Part shown: piece by piece, positions 1-11,861 of the stretch
Layout: each line of letters starts with the position of its first letter
Numbering within the stretch: the first letter of the stretch is position 1
Assembly: GCA_965649765.1 (NCBI GenBank)
Contig: OZ287752.1
Coordinates: forward strand, 47,182,001-47,246,000
Source: Bispira polyomma
Taxonomy: Eukaryota
Direction of reading: 5' to 3'
DNA length: 64,000 nt
Program-made: the position numbers and the translations under genes
The notes under the pieces: generated by a model
Told to the model about the DNA's origin: nothing
What the model saw: the letters and a program-made list of their open reading frames with translations, nothing else
Databases searched by the model: none

Positions 1-290
1 CAGGTGGTCTGTCTCTGTATCCTGTGCCCCACCCTCCTTTCCATCTCCTGGAATACGTCAGGGGGCATCTGGAGGAAGTTGCGGTACGACTGGATATCTT
101 GCCGTTCCTGAGCCATGGCCTTGCCCTTCCTCTTCTGGCCACCTTCGCCTGAGCCTGGGACATTTTAAGCTAGTTATGACTTTCTTTTTCAGATTACCAA
201 TTTTTAGGCCAATCTGACAAACCTTGGAAAGGTAATACCAAGGTCTCATTTACACGGATGGCCGCCACAAACATCACCATGAACGTCAGT
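1..290 (-). mobile_element. PIF/Harbinger transposase remnant (N-terminal part), truncated by the window edge
   Basis: The minus strand of about 1-110 reads QERQDIQSYRNFLQMPPDVFQEMERRVGHRIQRQTT, resembling the Harbinger N-terminal 'YRNFLRM..F..I...VGPRIQKQDT' region. The reverse complement of 1-33 matches 57400-57432 at 30/33 nt. The upper boundary is approximate. Confidence 0.8.
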
Positions 291-299
291 AACAATACA

Positions 300-422
300 T
301 TTGTTTCAGATTTGTCTACATTAGCAGAGCTCCAGAACTGTTTGTTAATATTGTTGATAGGTTTAAACTTTGTTTAAGATCTGTCTGCATTAGCAGAGCT
401 TCGGAACTGTTTGTTGATATTC
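300..422. repeat. Two-copy diverged direct repeat (period about 69 bp)
   Basis: tttgtttcagatttgtctacattagcagagctccagaactgtttgttaatatt recurs as tttgtttaagatctgtctgcattagcagagcttcggaactgtttgttgatatt. Confidence 0.75.
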
Positions 423-1774
423 GTGAGTATTAGTCACGCGATCGCAAATGTGTTGATTTCTAAGAATAAGTTCTAAGTATAAGAATTTTAGTATCCACTA
501 AAATCTTCTTCTCTATATTTGGAGATGAGAGTATTGTAAACAGTGGTCATATGATTATTATAAAACATGTGTGTCTACATTTCTATTCACAATTCTTAGC
601 TAAGAAAATTCTTATTCTATTAATTAATTCTTAATTAAGAATTGCTTTGTGAATACTATATTATTCTAAGAATGATAAAATTCTTAAAATAGAAGATGTT
701 CTTAGTTTAACAATAATTCTTATTCTAAGTATAACAATGTAAGTGTTACATTAAAGTACATGTTTTCAACAAGCCAGAGTGTTCACAGGAAATCTATAAG
801 AGACCCCTCGCTGGAGTCTTGTGGTGTTAATATATGTAACAGATCAGAGTGTCAGATGTCGCCCTAAAACCCTGTCAATACCACTAAGAACTAAAATAAG
901 CCAAGTGACAAGCAGGACAATCAATTCTACAACAGCTTTCTACCACCCCGTCATGGCACCTCCATTCAGCCTTCCCAATAAAAAGGATCAATTTCCTTAA
1001 GCAATGTCAAAAGACGGGTTTTGGCAGACATTTGCAGACAACATCCTCAGAAGTTGTTTTATTTATATATGTACTTCTGTTATTAGAACAGTTTTTAATC
1101 ACCAGTTAAATATTGTTGAAAGTTGTGAAGTTAATTATTATTAGTAATTTTTTTATTGAAACTAAAAAAGGTATTGCATAAACCCTTTTCTTAAAAATTC
1201 GTTTAAGTAAATAAGATGTCCCCAAAAATTCCCCAAAATAAATACCAATGGTGATAAATGATACTCACATATGCAGGTTATTGCTTTAAAGTTGTATGTT
1301 AATTTTTTTGCCAGTTGTACAGATTTACTTGAGAAAACTAGTACTGTGGATCTCCCTACTGTTTTATATCAATCAGCTACAGCATTTATATGTACTTGGG
1401 CAAGGATATTTGGCGTCCATCAGAAAACTTTAAAATTAAATAATGTACATGTAAATGTAATTTTAAAAGACATTGGACTGATCGGCCGATAATTGTAATG
1501 TAATTGTAATGTAAATTAGTCCCGGAACAAATTGACAAAGTTTCTAAAAGACAACTTTCATCTAAACATTTGAGAAAAAACACATTGCTACATTTGTACA
1601 CGTTCAAGTACATCTTGACACCAACTTTCAAAATTATATAGTGAATGGGAAGCTAATGTAGTTTTCAGCTTTTTAATATGTGACTTATTAACCCCAACAA
1701 AGGGGAATTGCAGTAATCAAGGCGATTACTTACAAGGGAATTAGCCACAGTTATAGCAGTATCTAGTGACAAGC

Positions 1775-2520
1775 TCTCTGGGTACTCCATATAGTATGTT
1801 ACAAGAGGATGAGAAGTGATCATCTAGTTTAATTTTAAGATTGAGATAGAATCTGATCCAATCAAGGACACTGCTATTTTGTCTGAACCATTGTTTGAGG
1901 GTGTCAAAAAGTAAACCATGGTATCAAAGGTTTCTGAGAGATCTCATAGGGTGAGAGGAACTGTTTTGTCATGATCAAAGGCAAGGTTAATATGGTTACT
2001 AATAGGGACAGTTTACAATGTCATGTGTGGCCTAGTAGTTAGAGATTTCTCGGTGAGTTTAGAGACAAAGCTAAGATTAGATACAGGTCTATAATTTTTT
2101 AACTCAGGATTTGATGTAAGAGGATTTTATGAGTTTGAGAACATCGTTCTCTGAAAATGTGTGGAAGGAGAACAGATAAAAAAATTTCTAAACTGGGCTT
2201 TGTGGGCAGAAATGAGACATTGTTGATAAACCATCCCGAAAGTTGCTTATTTTGTCAATGAAAAATTTATCAACTTTATCTGCTAATAATGTGAGGTAGT
2301 GATTAAAAGACCTAACTTTTTAAGTTGTACGATGAAGAATTTTTTTATTGAGCTCCATAACTTTTTAGTATTGTGTAGGTTATCACTGACAACGTAGCCA
2401 TAGTGCTCCTTTTTGGCTTTGTTACACTTATGTGCGTTATCAAATTGATTTCTGGTTGTTTGCTATGTAGGTCTTTATTGCGATCATTGTATGTTTCTTG
2501 TTTTTTTTCCTTGTGCAAAC
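1775..2520 (-). mobile_element. Degenerate L2/CR1-clade LINE ORF2 (reverse transcriptase) fragment
   Basis: Minus-strand translations with stops and frameshifts give KAKKEHYGYVVSDNLHNTKKLWSSIKK, FFIDKISNFR, KNYRPVSNLSFVSKLTEK (about 2046-2099), L*DLSETFDT, SVLDWIRFYL and LYGVP. These follow the order of the L2/CR1 motifs NYRPVSNL, DLSAAFDT and GVPQGS. Confidence 0.85.
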
Positions 2521-3016
2521 ATTGTGATCATTTGTTCAAACAATGCGCATAATTCTTCTATAATATAATATTTTGATAAGGACTTGGGTGCCCTCAGCCA
2601 AGAAGAATGTGCTGTCACTCAGAGGAGGTGGAAGAACGTGATAAGTGTGACGTATAGGAGAGGACACCCAAGTAGAGACTGGCGAGAGTGATCTCGAGAG
2701 AGGGCTGTCACTGGCAAGAGGAGCTTGGGTGATGCGGTTAAGGACAATATAGCTAAATTCATCAAGTCAGTTATCTTGAAAGAAAATTAGAAAAAATAAA
2801 TAGAAAAAAATAGAAAACGAAACAAAGAAGTAGTACAAAAAATCAAAATTCTGTGTACAAATGCCAAAGTGAGCAAGACACAGGAAGAAACAAATAAAAT
2901 ATTATAATATGAAAATATTTTGAAAGAAAAAAGAAAAATGAAATTTACCCCTAAAATAATCTACAAAGGTATCTTGACCAACATACTACTTTAAACAATT
3001 TCAAATTTGGTAATCA

Positions 3017-4280
3017 TAGACACACACATATACTGGTACACAGACACACATATACTGGTACATAGACCCAAATATACTGGTACACAGACACACATATACT
3101 ACACAGACACACACATACTGGTACATAGACACAAATACACTGGTACATAGACACACATATACTACACAGACACACACATATACTAGTACATAGACATACA
3201 TATACTGGTACACAGACACACATATACTGGTACACAGACACACATATACTACACAGACACACATATACTGGTACATAGACACACATATACTGGTACACAG
3301 ACACACACATACTGGTACACAGACACACACATACTGGTACACAGACACTCATATACTACACACACACATATACTGGTACATAGACACAAATACACTGGTA
3401 CACAGACACACATATACTGGTACACAGACACACATATACTGGTACATAAACATACACATACTGGTATATAGACCCAAATATACTGGTACACAGACACACA
3501 TATACTACACAGACACACATATACTGGTACATAGACACAAATACACTGATACACAGACACACATATACTGGTACACAGACACACATATACTGGTACACAG
3601 ACATACACATACTGGTACATAGACCCAAATACACTGGTACACAGACACACATATACTGGTATACAGACACACATATACTACACAGACACACACATACTGG
3701 TACACATACACTCATATACTACACAGACACACACATACTGGTACATAGACCTAAATATACTGGTACACAGACACACATATACTACACAGACACACATATA
3801 CTGGTACATAGACACACCTATACTGGTACATAGACACACATATACTGATACATAGACACACATATACTGGTACACAGACACACATATACTGGTACACAGA
3901 CACACATATACTGGTATATAGACACACATATACTGGTACATAGACACACATATACTGGTACAGGGACACACATATACTGGTACACAGACACACATATACT
4001 GGTACACAGACACACATATACTGGTACACAGACACACATATACTGGTACACAGACACAATATACTGGTACACAGACACACACACACTGGTACACAGACAC
4101 ACATATACTGGTATATAGACACACATATACTGGTATATAGACACACATATACTGGTACACAGACACACATATACTGGTATATAGACACACATATACTGGT
4201 ACACAGACACACATATACTGGTACACAGACACACACACACTGGTACACAGACACACATATACTGGTATATAGACACACAT
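3017..4280. repeat. Minisatellite, about 22-bp unit (tatactggtacacagacacaca) with shorter deletion variants, about 58-60 units
   Basis: Visible tandem periodicity. It explains the Cys/Val/Tyr-rich ORFs at 3001-4280. Confidence 0.95.
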
Positions 4281-5583
4281 GTATATGTGAACTGAATTAG
4301 TACCTTATTAAAAAAAACTAGGACATGAAATGTGTTTTGTTTTTATAGTAGTGGCCGTGCTGATTAGTTTACAGGTTTACACCCTGGTATCGCCCACCTC
4401 TAATCTCCTAACTCTATATGGTGTTACATCACATAGCAGTGGGGAAGAAGTTCTCTGGAAATGATGTCATTGTTTTTTTCTCTGGAGATTGTTTCTCCCT
4501 GCCCCAGTACATAGCTGATAATAGTGGGAGGGGCTAGGTTTGCAAGGCAGCTCCCTGCACTCAAACCCGTTAAAAAGGTTTATGGTTACAGGCCCCAGGC
4601 AAATCAAAGAGGTGCCTGGTTTTTACTGTTTCTAGAAATATATATACAGATATGCAAGTACATTGAACAGCAATACATATATAGTTGGACGTAAAGCCGG
4701 TTATAGTTTATCTAGTTTTTGTGTGACGTCATTATAATGGTCATTATTTTCAGAGCAAAGTCTGTAATGACCTATTGTTTTACTCTTAGTAGATTTGTAC
4801 AGCTGTTTGTGCCGTATCAGCAAGCTGTTTGTGTTTGTCCTCACGTCTGATCTGGTTCCGAACAAACAATGTAGTCATGTGATTATCATCGTCTCTCGTG
4901 TGCTATAAAGTCATATCAAGGCAGAACTATGTGATGTCAACATAAGATCTACTGATATTGTTGCCTACCTGCATGACTAGATGATACAATGTGGTGATGT
5001 AAAGCTGTGACACATGACAGGGGTAAGGATCCAGGTCTGATTAAACCAAGTTAAGATTCCTAGTGCTGGAAGTTAGTGGAAGTGGTGCAAAAAAAGTGGC
5101 AAAACATGTAAATGAAAATAATGTGGAATATAGTTTGGCCAGTTTATTTAGTACCTTTAAACACCTAACATAAATTGGTAATACTTTTTAGTAGAGTTGA
5201 AGACAACTATATTAAAATTTATTTTGCAATTATTTTAACTGTAGCAAAACACAGGGCTATCAATCACCACCCCGGCTGAAAATGAATGTGACTACTGGTG
5301 TCAAACTGTAGGACTGGTGTGTAGAATTCTATATAATGATTAAAAGGATGATCGAAACAATGTAACCTCTTTATCACAAAATCCCACATGTTGGGGTTAA
5401 TGTTATTATTTCTTAAATTAAGATAACATTGGTGGACAGTTTGTAATCTTACCAGACATTTGCAATAATTATTACCAGCACCAGTTTATTCGTAAAATAT
5501 TTGTAATAATCCGACTTTATCTACATTTAAATAAAATAAGCCAGGGTTTTGTTTTTGTGTCGCATACTCTTACAACAGCCACA

Positions 5584-7349
5584 CCTAACAGTACACAATA
5601 CAAGCCCCCCTAACAGTACACAATACAAACCCCCCTAACAATACACAATACAAACCCCCCTAACAATACACAATACAAACCCCCCTAACAGTACACAATA
5701 CAAACCCCCCTAACAGTACACAATACAAACCCCCCTAACAGTACACAATACAACCCCCTAACAGTACACAATACAAACCCCCCTAACAGTACACAATACA
5801 ACCCCCTAACAGTACACAATACAACCCCCTAACAGTACACAATACAACCCCCTAACAGTACACAATACAACCCCCTAACAGTACACAATACAAACACCTT
5901 AACAGTACACAATACAAACACCTTAACAGTACACAATACAAACACCTTAACAGTACACAATACAAACACCTTAACAGTACACAATACAACCCCCTAACAG
6001 TACACAATACAAACCCCCCTAACAGTACACAATACAACCCCCTAACAGTACACAATACAACCCCCTAACAGTACACAATACAAACACCTTAACAGTACAC
6101 AATACAAACACCTTAACAGTACACAATACAAACACCTTAACAGTACACAATACAAACACCTTAACAGTACATGATACAAACACCTTAACAGTACACAATA
6201 CAAACCCCCCTAACAGTACACAATACAAACCCCCCTAACAGCACACAATACAACCCCCTAACAGTACACAATACAAACCCCCCTAACAGTACACAATACA
6301 ACCCCCTAACAGTACACAATACAACCCCCTAACAGTATACAATACAACCCCCTAACAGTACACAATACAACCCCCTAACAGTACACAATACAAACACCTT
6401 AACAGTACACAATACAAACACCTTAACAGTACACAATACAAACACCTTAACAGTACACGATACAAACACCTTAACAGTACACGATACAAACACCATAACA
6501 GTACACGATACAAACACCTTAACAGTACACAATACAAACACCTTAACAGTACACAATACAAACACCTTAACAGTACACAATACAAACACCTTAACAGTAC
6601 ACGATACAAACACCTTAACAGTACACAATACAAACACCTTAACAGTACACAATACAAACACCTTAACAGTACACAATACAAACACCTTAACAGTACACAA
6701 TACAAACCCCCCTAACAGTACACAATACAACCCCCTAACAGTACACAATACAACCCCCTAACAGTACACAATACAACCCCCTAACAGTACACAATACAAC
6801 CCCCTAACAGTACACAATACAAACACCTTAACAGTACACAATACAAACACCTTAACAGTACACAATACAAACACCTTAACAGTACACAATACAAACACCT
6901 TAACAGTACATGATACAAACACCTTAACAGTACACAATACAAACCCCCCTAACAGTACACAATACAAACCCCCCTAACAGCACACAATACAACCCCCTAA
7001 CAGTACACAATACAAACCCCCCTAACAGTACACAATACAACCCCCTAACAGTACACAATACAAACACCTTAACAGTACACAATACAAACACCTTAACAGT
7101 ACACAATACAAACACCTTAACAGTACACAATACAACCCCCTAACAGTACACAATACAACCCCCTAACAGTACACAATACAAACCCCCCTAACAGTACACA
7201 ATACAACCCCCTAACAGTACACAATACAACCCCCTAACAGTACACAATACAAACACCTTAACAGTACACAATACAAACACCTTAACAGTACACAATACAA
7301 ACACCTTAACAGTACACAATACAAACACCTTAACAGTACATGATACAAC
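5584..7349. repeat. Minisatellite, 23-25-bp unit (taacagtacacaatacaa-acacct / -ccccc), about 74 units, with higher-order duplication
   Basis: Visible tandem periodicity with two or three unit variants. Rare variants recur 739 bp apart. Confidence 0.95.
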
Positions 7350-9640
7350 CCCCTCCCCCTCCCCCTTAACAATACCACCAGTGGAGTCTGATTAAAATAT
7401 GCTGCATGAAATTTTGTATTACAAGATATCTATTGTCTTTTGGGGTTGAATAATCCAATAAATAGTGTTATAATTGAAGTGTTGTATACCAGGTATGTTA
7501 ACAGTTTGTACATTGACCTGATTCCTGTTGGCTGTTTCTTATTGTAATACCACCCACAACACAAATTCTAAAACAAAACAACAATGTGGCCATGACATCC
7601 CAACTATTTTATTACACCACAATATCTAATCGTCAAACTTGTTTTTCCAGATCTTTTTGAACTCAGGATAACGTTGCCATTTCTCTCCAGGTTGAACATG
7701 GCGACAAGGGCTGTAAATATTTTCTGAAGCTCCTCCTGTCTGAATGGGATAGATATAAACAACAGTGAATACTAACAACAATTATCTATGACACTGCAGA
7801 TAAAGATATCATGGTGTAAAAAACTGTTTATAATGTATACTTTCTAACTGAATGTGGCAGAGCTAGATACACATTGCCGATAACTCTAGTTTTGTCAGTT
7901 TTATCAAAAATATACAATTCATTTGTCCACATTATTCACCGAAACCTTCATACACACTACTTGTTTCCTTAAAATTCAGTTTAAACAAAAATATTCAATT
8001 CAGTTATCTGTATTTTATACCAAACCTCCATGCGTTAAATGTATTCTTATTTTGTAAACTTGTAATCCCACGACTGATTCCAGTACAAAGAAGCCAGTTA
8101 CAAAGAGCTAATATCACCAAAAAATGCAGTTTGTTGCACAGTATTCATGTTTAGTATTTATATTACGTTCTAGTGAATGCAGAAATTCCTAAATAAAACG
8201 TTAACACGATAAATGCAATACTCCACTGGTGTGTTTCTGTCCTAATAGACGTGAACATTTGAGTTACATGGTGACATACCTTAAATGTTGTGATCTAGAG
8301 GAGTACATTGTAGTACTTCACTTGTCCCAATCTGTTAATCCATGCTGTTGTAGCTTTATTCCTCTGTAGTAGTTTCTAGAGTGTAAATCTCATGACTGTA
8401 ATATTCTAGTTATGGTTCAAGGTACAGGGGTATACTTGGACATATGATCCACACCTATCCAGGTATAGTAGGATAAGAAAATCTATTGCTTCAAAATGTA
8501 CATGTGTGGAGAATGTGCTATAAGAAGTGTGTGATAAGTTGTGGGCAGACAGAGGGTGTGCGAGTCACGTCCCTCAGAACTGTTCGAAGGTTTCAGTTAC
8601 CTGTGGCTGGTGTAGGAGTCTTTTACTGTTAACAAGTGAACATGGTGACTGTTTACAAGACCCTAGACACTTTGAACTATTACATGATATACCAGTTTTG
8701 TGGTAATGTGACTAGTCCCAGGCATTCCCTCAAACACCACCTGAAAATGTCAGCAAAAAATACTAAACAGAGTCAAACGCCTGGGTAAGTTCTATAAACT
8801 TACTTATTAAAGAAGCTGTTCTGTCTAGACTGTAGTCGTCAGTTTGTTGGGCACTTATTTTAGGTATAAGTCCCAAGCTAGAAAGTCTTGATCGTCCCTA
8901 TACAGCACAATTCTGACTGGCTGACCTAAAATGGTGTCAAACTTACACCATACACCACAGACTCCTTTAAATACTTCAACAACGTCACACGGTGGCCACC
9001 AATAAGAGTCTATAGAGTAAACATAAAAGGATGACGGCTGGCCAATCAGATCAGCTTTGACTCTAGTCAAAAGAGACCGCCAGTTAAAGTAGATCAGACA
9101 CAATTTCAAGTCAGTAAGGACTGTGTTAAAAGGTGTTGACAGTATTTTGATATATAACTAATGTTATTAACATGACCTTTAATGTGTGAATAAGTCTGGA
9201 TTAGTCATTATATGTGTAGGCTGATTAAAACAAGGAACAGTAGTTTAAACTTTATTTTTTAAAAAGTGAATAGGATATATCTGGTTAAAAGTTTCAAGTG
9301 AACTGCCACATATTAACTTTGGAATGTAATTGGATGTCATAAATAGTTTGTGTGTGAAAGGATTACTAAATCAGAGGATGAGACCTCCACAGACGTCTTA
9401 AGATACAAGCAGTGAGATGGGGAGTTGAAAAGGGTAACTTTACTGAGTTCTCATCGTGTGGGGTTCTCCCAATAAGCTCTAGCCCAGACATCGATATCTG
9501 TGTTGTAGAAGGTTTGTGTTTGATGGGATTTCCGACATGTGGTTAGTGTTTTAGTATACTCCCTATTTGTTTTGGAGTAGACTGCTGAACCCCCAGCAGT
9601 GGCTGTCCCCGGGTGTGAGGGCCCGGACTGTCACAGTGTG

Positions 9641-9670
9641 TGAGTCAGGGGATTAGTGAGTCAGGGATTA
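9641..9670 (+). promoter_or_regulatory. Tandem composite AP-1 + K50-homeodomain (Otx/Pitx/Gsc-type) sites about 0.9 kb upstream of the FGF start codon
   Basis: TGAGTCA (9641-9647), GGATTA (9650-9655), TGAGTCA (9657-9663), GGATTA (9665-9670). Function is inferred. Confidence 0.35.
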
Positions 9671-10534
9671 TGTTAATGAGGCGAGAACAGAGCTGTTAAA
9701 TAGTGGGTGTGCCTGGAGAGAAACTCCAGCTTACCTGGGAGAAGAAACTGGAGGCTCTCGGGGTGTGGAATATGTGACCTGTTCTACAAGTGGAGAATAT
9801 AGGCCAACTCGAAACCAGTGTGTTGATTAAATCACTTTGAAGGAATACCCAGATATATTACAGACTAGAAACAGAAAAAAACAGACGCTAAAAAATTTCA
9901 ATGAAAACACTCGCTGAGATTGTCTGTGCTTGGAGTTGAATCATTTTAGTGTAAGTGTAGATTTACAGAGAGTGTTTTTTGGTTTTGGGGAATTCTTGTT
10001 TACATGTCGCATTAGATATATTGTAAACAATCAGCCAGAGCGTATTTTTTTGGGTTACAATTTATGGCCTTATCATACAAAAGGGGGGTCGTATAAGAGA
10101 AGTAGTTCTCTCTGGTAGATAAATAGCAAACTGGTTTTTAATAGAGTAGTGTTTTAATCTAAAGTTAAATGATCACAAATCGGTGTGGTAATGGGATGTG
10201 AGTGGAAGGGAGATAGGGTTTCCAGTGGTAGACGTTTACTGTGGTAGTGAGAGCCGTGTATACTAGGGACTTGTCAGTTGTAGCGGCCACTTGACACAGG
10301 AGTCAATTTAACACACACTACTTCTACAGCCAGTCTATTGACTCTACACACACAGCTTTTATAGTTTGATGTTATCACTCTTTACAGGGATCAGTACATC
10401 CACAATTCAGGATTATCTCACTCACATACAGATCACCGTGTAGTTGGATATCCCTTTGGATCCAGACCTTTTAGGAATAATACACACATCCACGGGATAT
10501 CAAATTCAGAAAGCGGACTCAGCTGGGCCACTGC

Positions 10535-10552
10535 ATGGCGCTAGCTATGTAG
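10535..10552 (+). promoter_or_regulatory. Candidate uORF (MALAM*) in the FGF 5' leader
   Basis: ATG GCG CTA GCT ATG TAG ends 17 nt before the main ATG at 10570. It is only relevant if the transcript starts upstream of 10535. Confidence 0.4.
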
Positions 10553-10569
10553 TCCGGACGGAGAAGGGG

Positions 10570-10628
10570 ATGGGATGCCGCTCTGGATCTCAACTCTATC
10601 TCAGCTTCAGACTATCCAGAGGTGTTGT
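10570..10628 (+). CDS. FGF8/17/18: FGF8/17/18-like gene, coding exon 1 (MGCRSGSQLYLSFRLSRGV-V, signal peptide n-region)
   Basis: ATG at 10570 and a consensus donor GTAAGT at 10629 in phase 2, which joins exon 2 in frame. Vertebrate FGF8 likewise splits its signal peptide over exons 1A/1B. This is the least certain exon. Confidence 0.7.
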
Positions 10629-11756
10629 GTAAGTATTTCACTTGTCTGCTAGTAGAATGGGGAGCTTAAAGGTCAGGGAACTGGTAGCTAATGAAACACT
10701 GGCCTGCTTCTGTTTACTCTCTGGTTACCAATAGGTAACAGTCTAAATTTACAGATAATTGACACAGTCTCAGGGATTTAACGGGATGAAGTTATCAGAG
10801 AGTTCACAAAAGAGGGGTACTTGCGTAGAGGGCTCTATATTTTTGTTTAGGCCCTTGATTTGATGGGCTTTACAGTTGTCCCATATAAATAAACATGTTT
10901 GTGCGTATGTCGACTTTCTAGGAGACTTTTGGATTTTGTCGAAATGAGCATAGTTATAGAATCACACAATTGCATATACTTGTTATTTCTACAACCATAT
11001 TACGCAGATACGTCGCCTATGTGTGACAATATAATTACAATGTGACTCTAATAGATGAATCTGTTAGAATAATGCAGTAATGCAGTGAGATTGTAACTGT
11101 GGTGAAAATGCCAATGTGGATACATCAGGCATGTTAGACGTAAATCAGTCCATAGATACAACCTGTGGTTCCACATTGAACACACAATCAGGGTTTCCAT
11201 AGGTGGCCACGGTACAAATGTCTTCATGGTGTAACATGCAAAATCAGAGGCAACTATAATGACATGATTTCAATAATCATGCAAAACGTTTATATAGTTA
11301 GTATGTAGTTATCTTGTCAAAACAGAGTAGTTGTCTAGCATTAGGTGAAGGGTCTTGTATTACAAAGTGAAGGGAGGTATTCTACAAAGTTGGTTGTGGT
11401 GTAAGTCTAAAGGCTGTTGTGTAAGTTGTTATGACTTGTGTAGGCTCCCTATAATCTAGGGGTCAGAGTGGACCCCTTTCACAGATGACAACAAAGACTG
11501 TTGTGTATACTCGGGCCACACATTTAAAGTAACAACTAAAGTTTGTTCTAAACTGAAGGTTGTTACAGTGTTTATCCAGACCCTCTCCAAATGACTGTAT
11601 TAGGTGTACCTCTTGACCTTTCCCTTATATTAATTATTTGGAAACCTGGTTTGAATTCCTAATAAAGCTTATAGATGAAGTGTGTGGGTAAATACAGAAC
11701 AGTCCCGGCACCCCATCAATAGTGTACTGCAATGTGAGGACCATTAGACCCTCTAT

Positions 11757-11861
11757 ACCCAAACATGCCAGGGTTGTACTATAATATTAACACTACACTC
11801 AAACATGCCAGGGTTGTACTATAATATTAACACTACACCCAAACATGCCAGGGTTGTACTA
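11757..11861. repeat. 40-bp tandem repeat, about 2.6 copies
   Basis: acccaaacatgccagggttgtactataatattaacactac is repeated. Confidence 0.85.

Noticed and set aside
440-735. AT-rich quasi-palindromic stretch (ttcttag/ctaagaa, attcacaa...ttgtgaat), possibly a MITE relic
   Set aside because: I could not define TIR ends or a target-site duplication.
2583-2740. Possible RTE-LINE 3' fragment (RGHPSRDW resembling RGRP..TW)
   Set aside because: Too short and degenerate to call without a search.
3001-7130. Many Cys/Val/Tyr-rich ORFs (up to 200 aa)
   Set aside because: They are by-products of the 22- and 24-bp minisatellites, open in several frames and lacking gene structure.
10444-10569. N-terminal extension of FGF exon 1 from the ORF track
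   Set aside because: It starts at TTG, not ATG. The ATG at 10570 gives a normal signal peptide.
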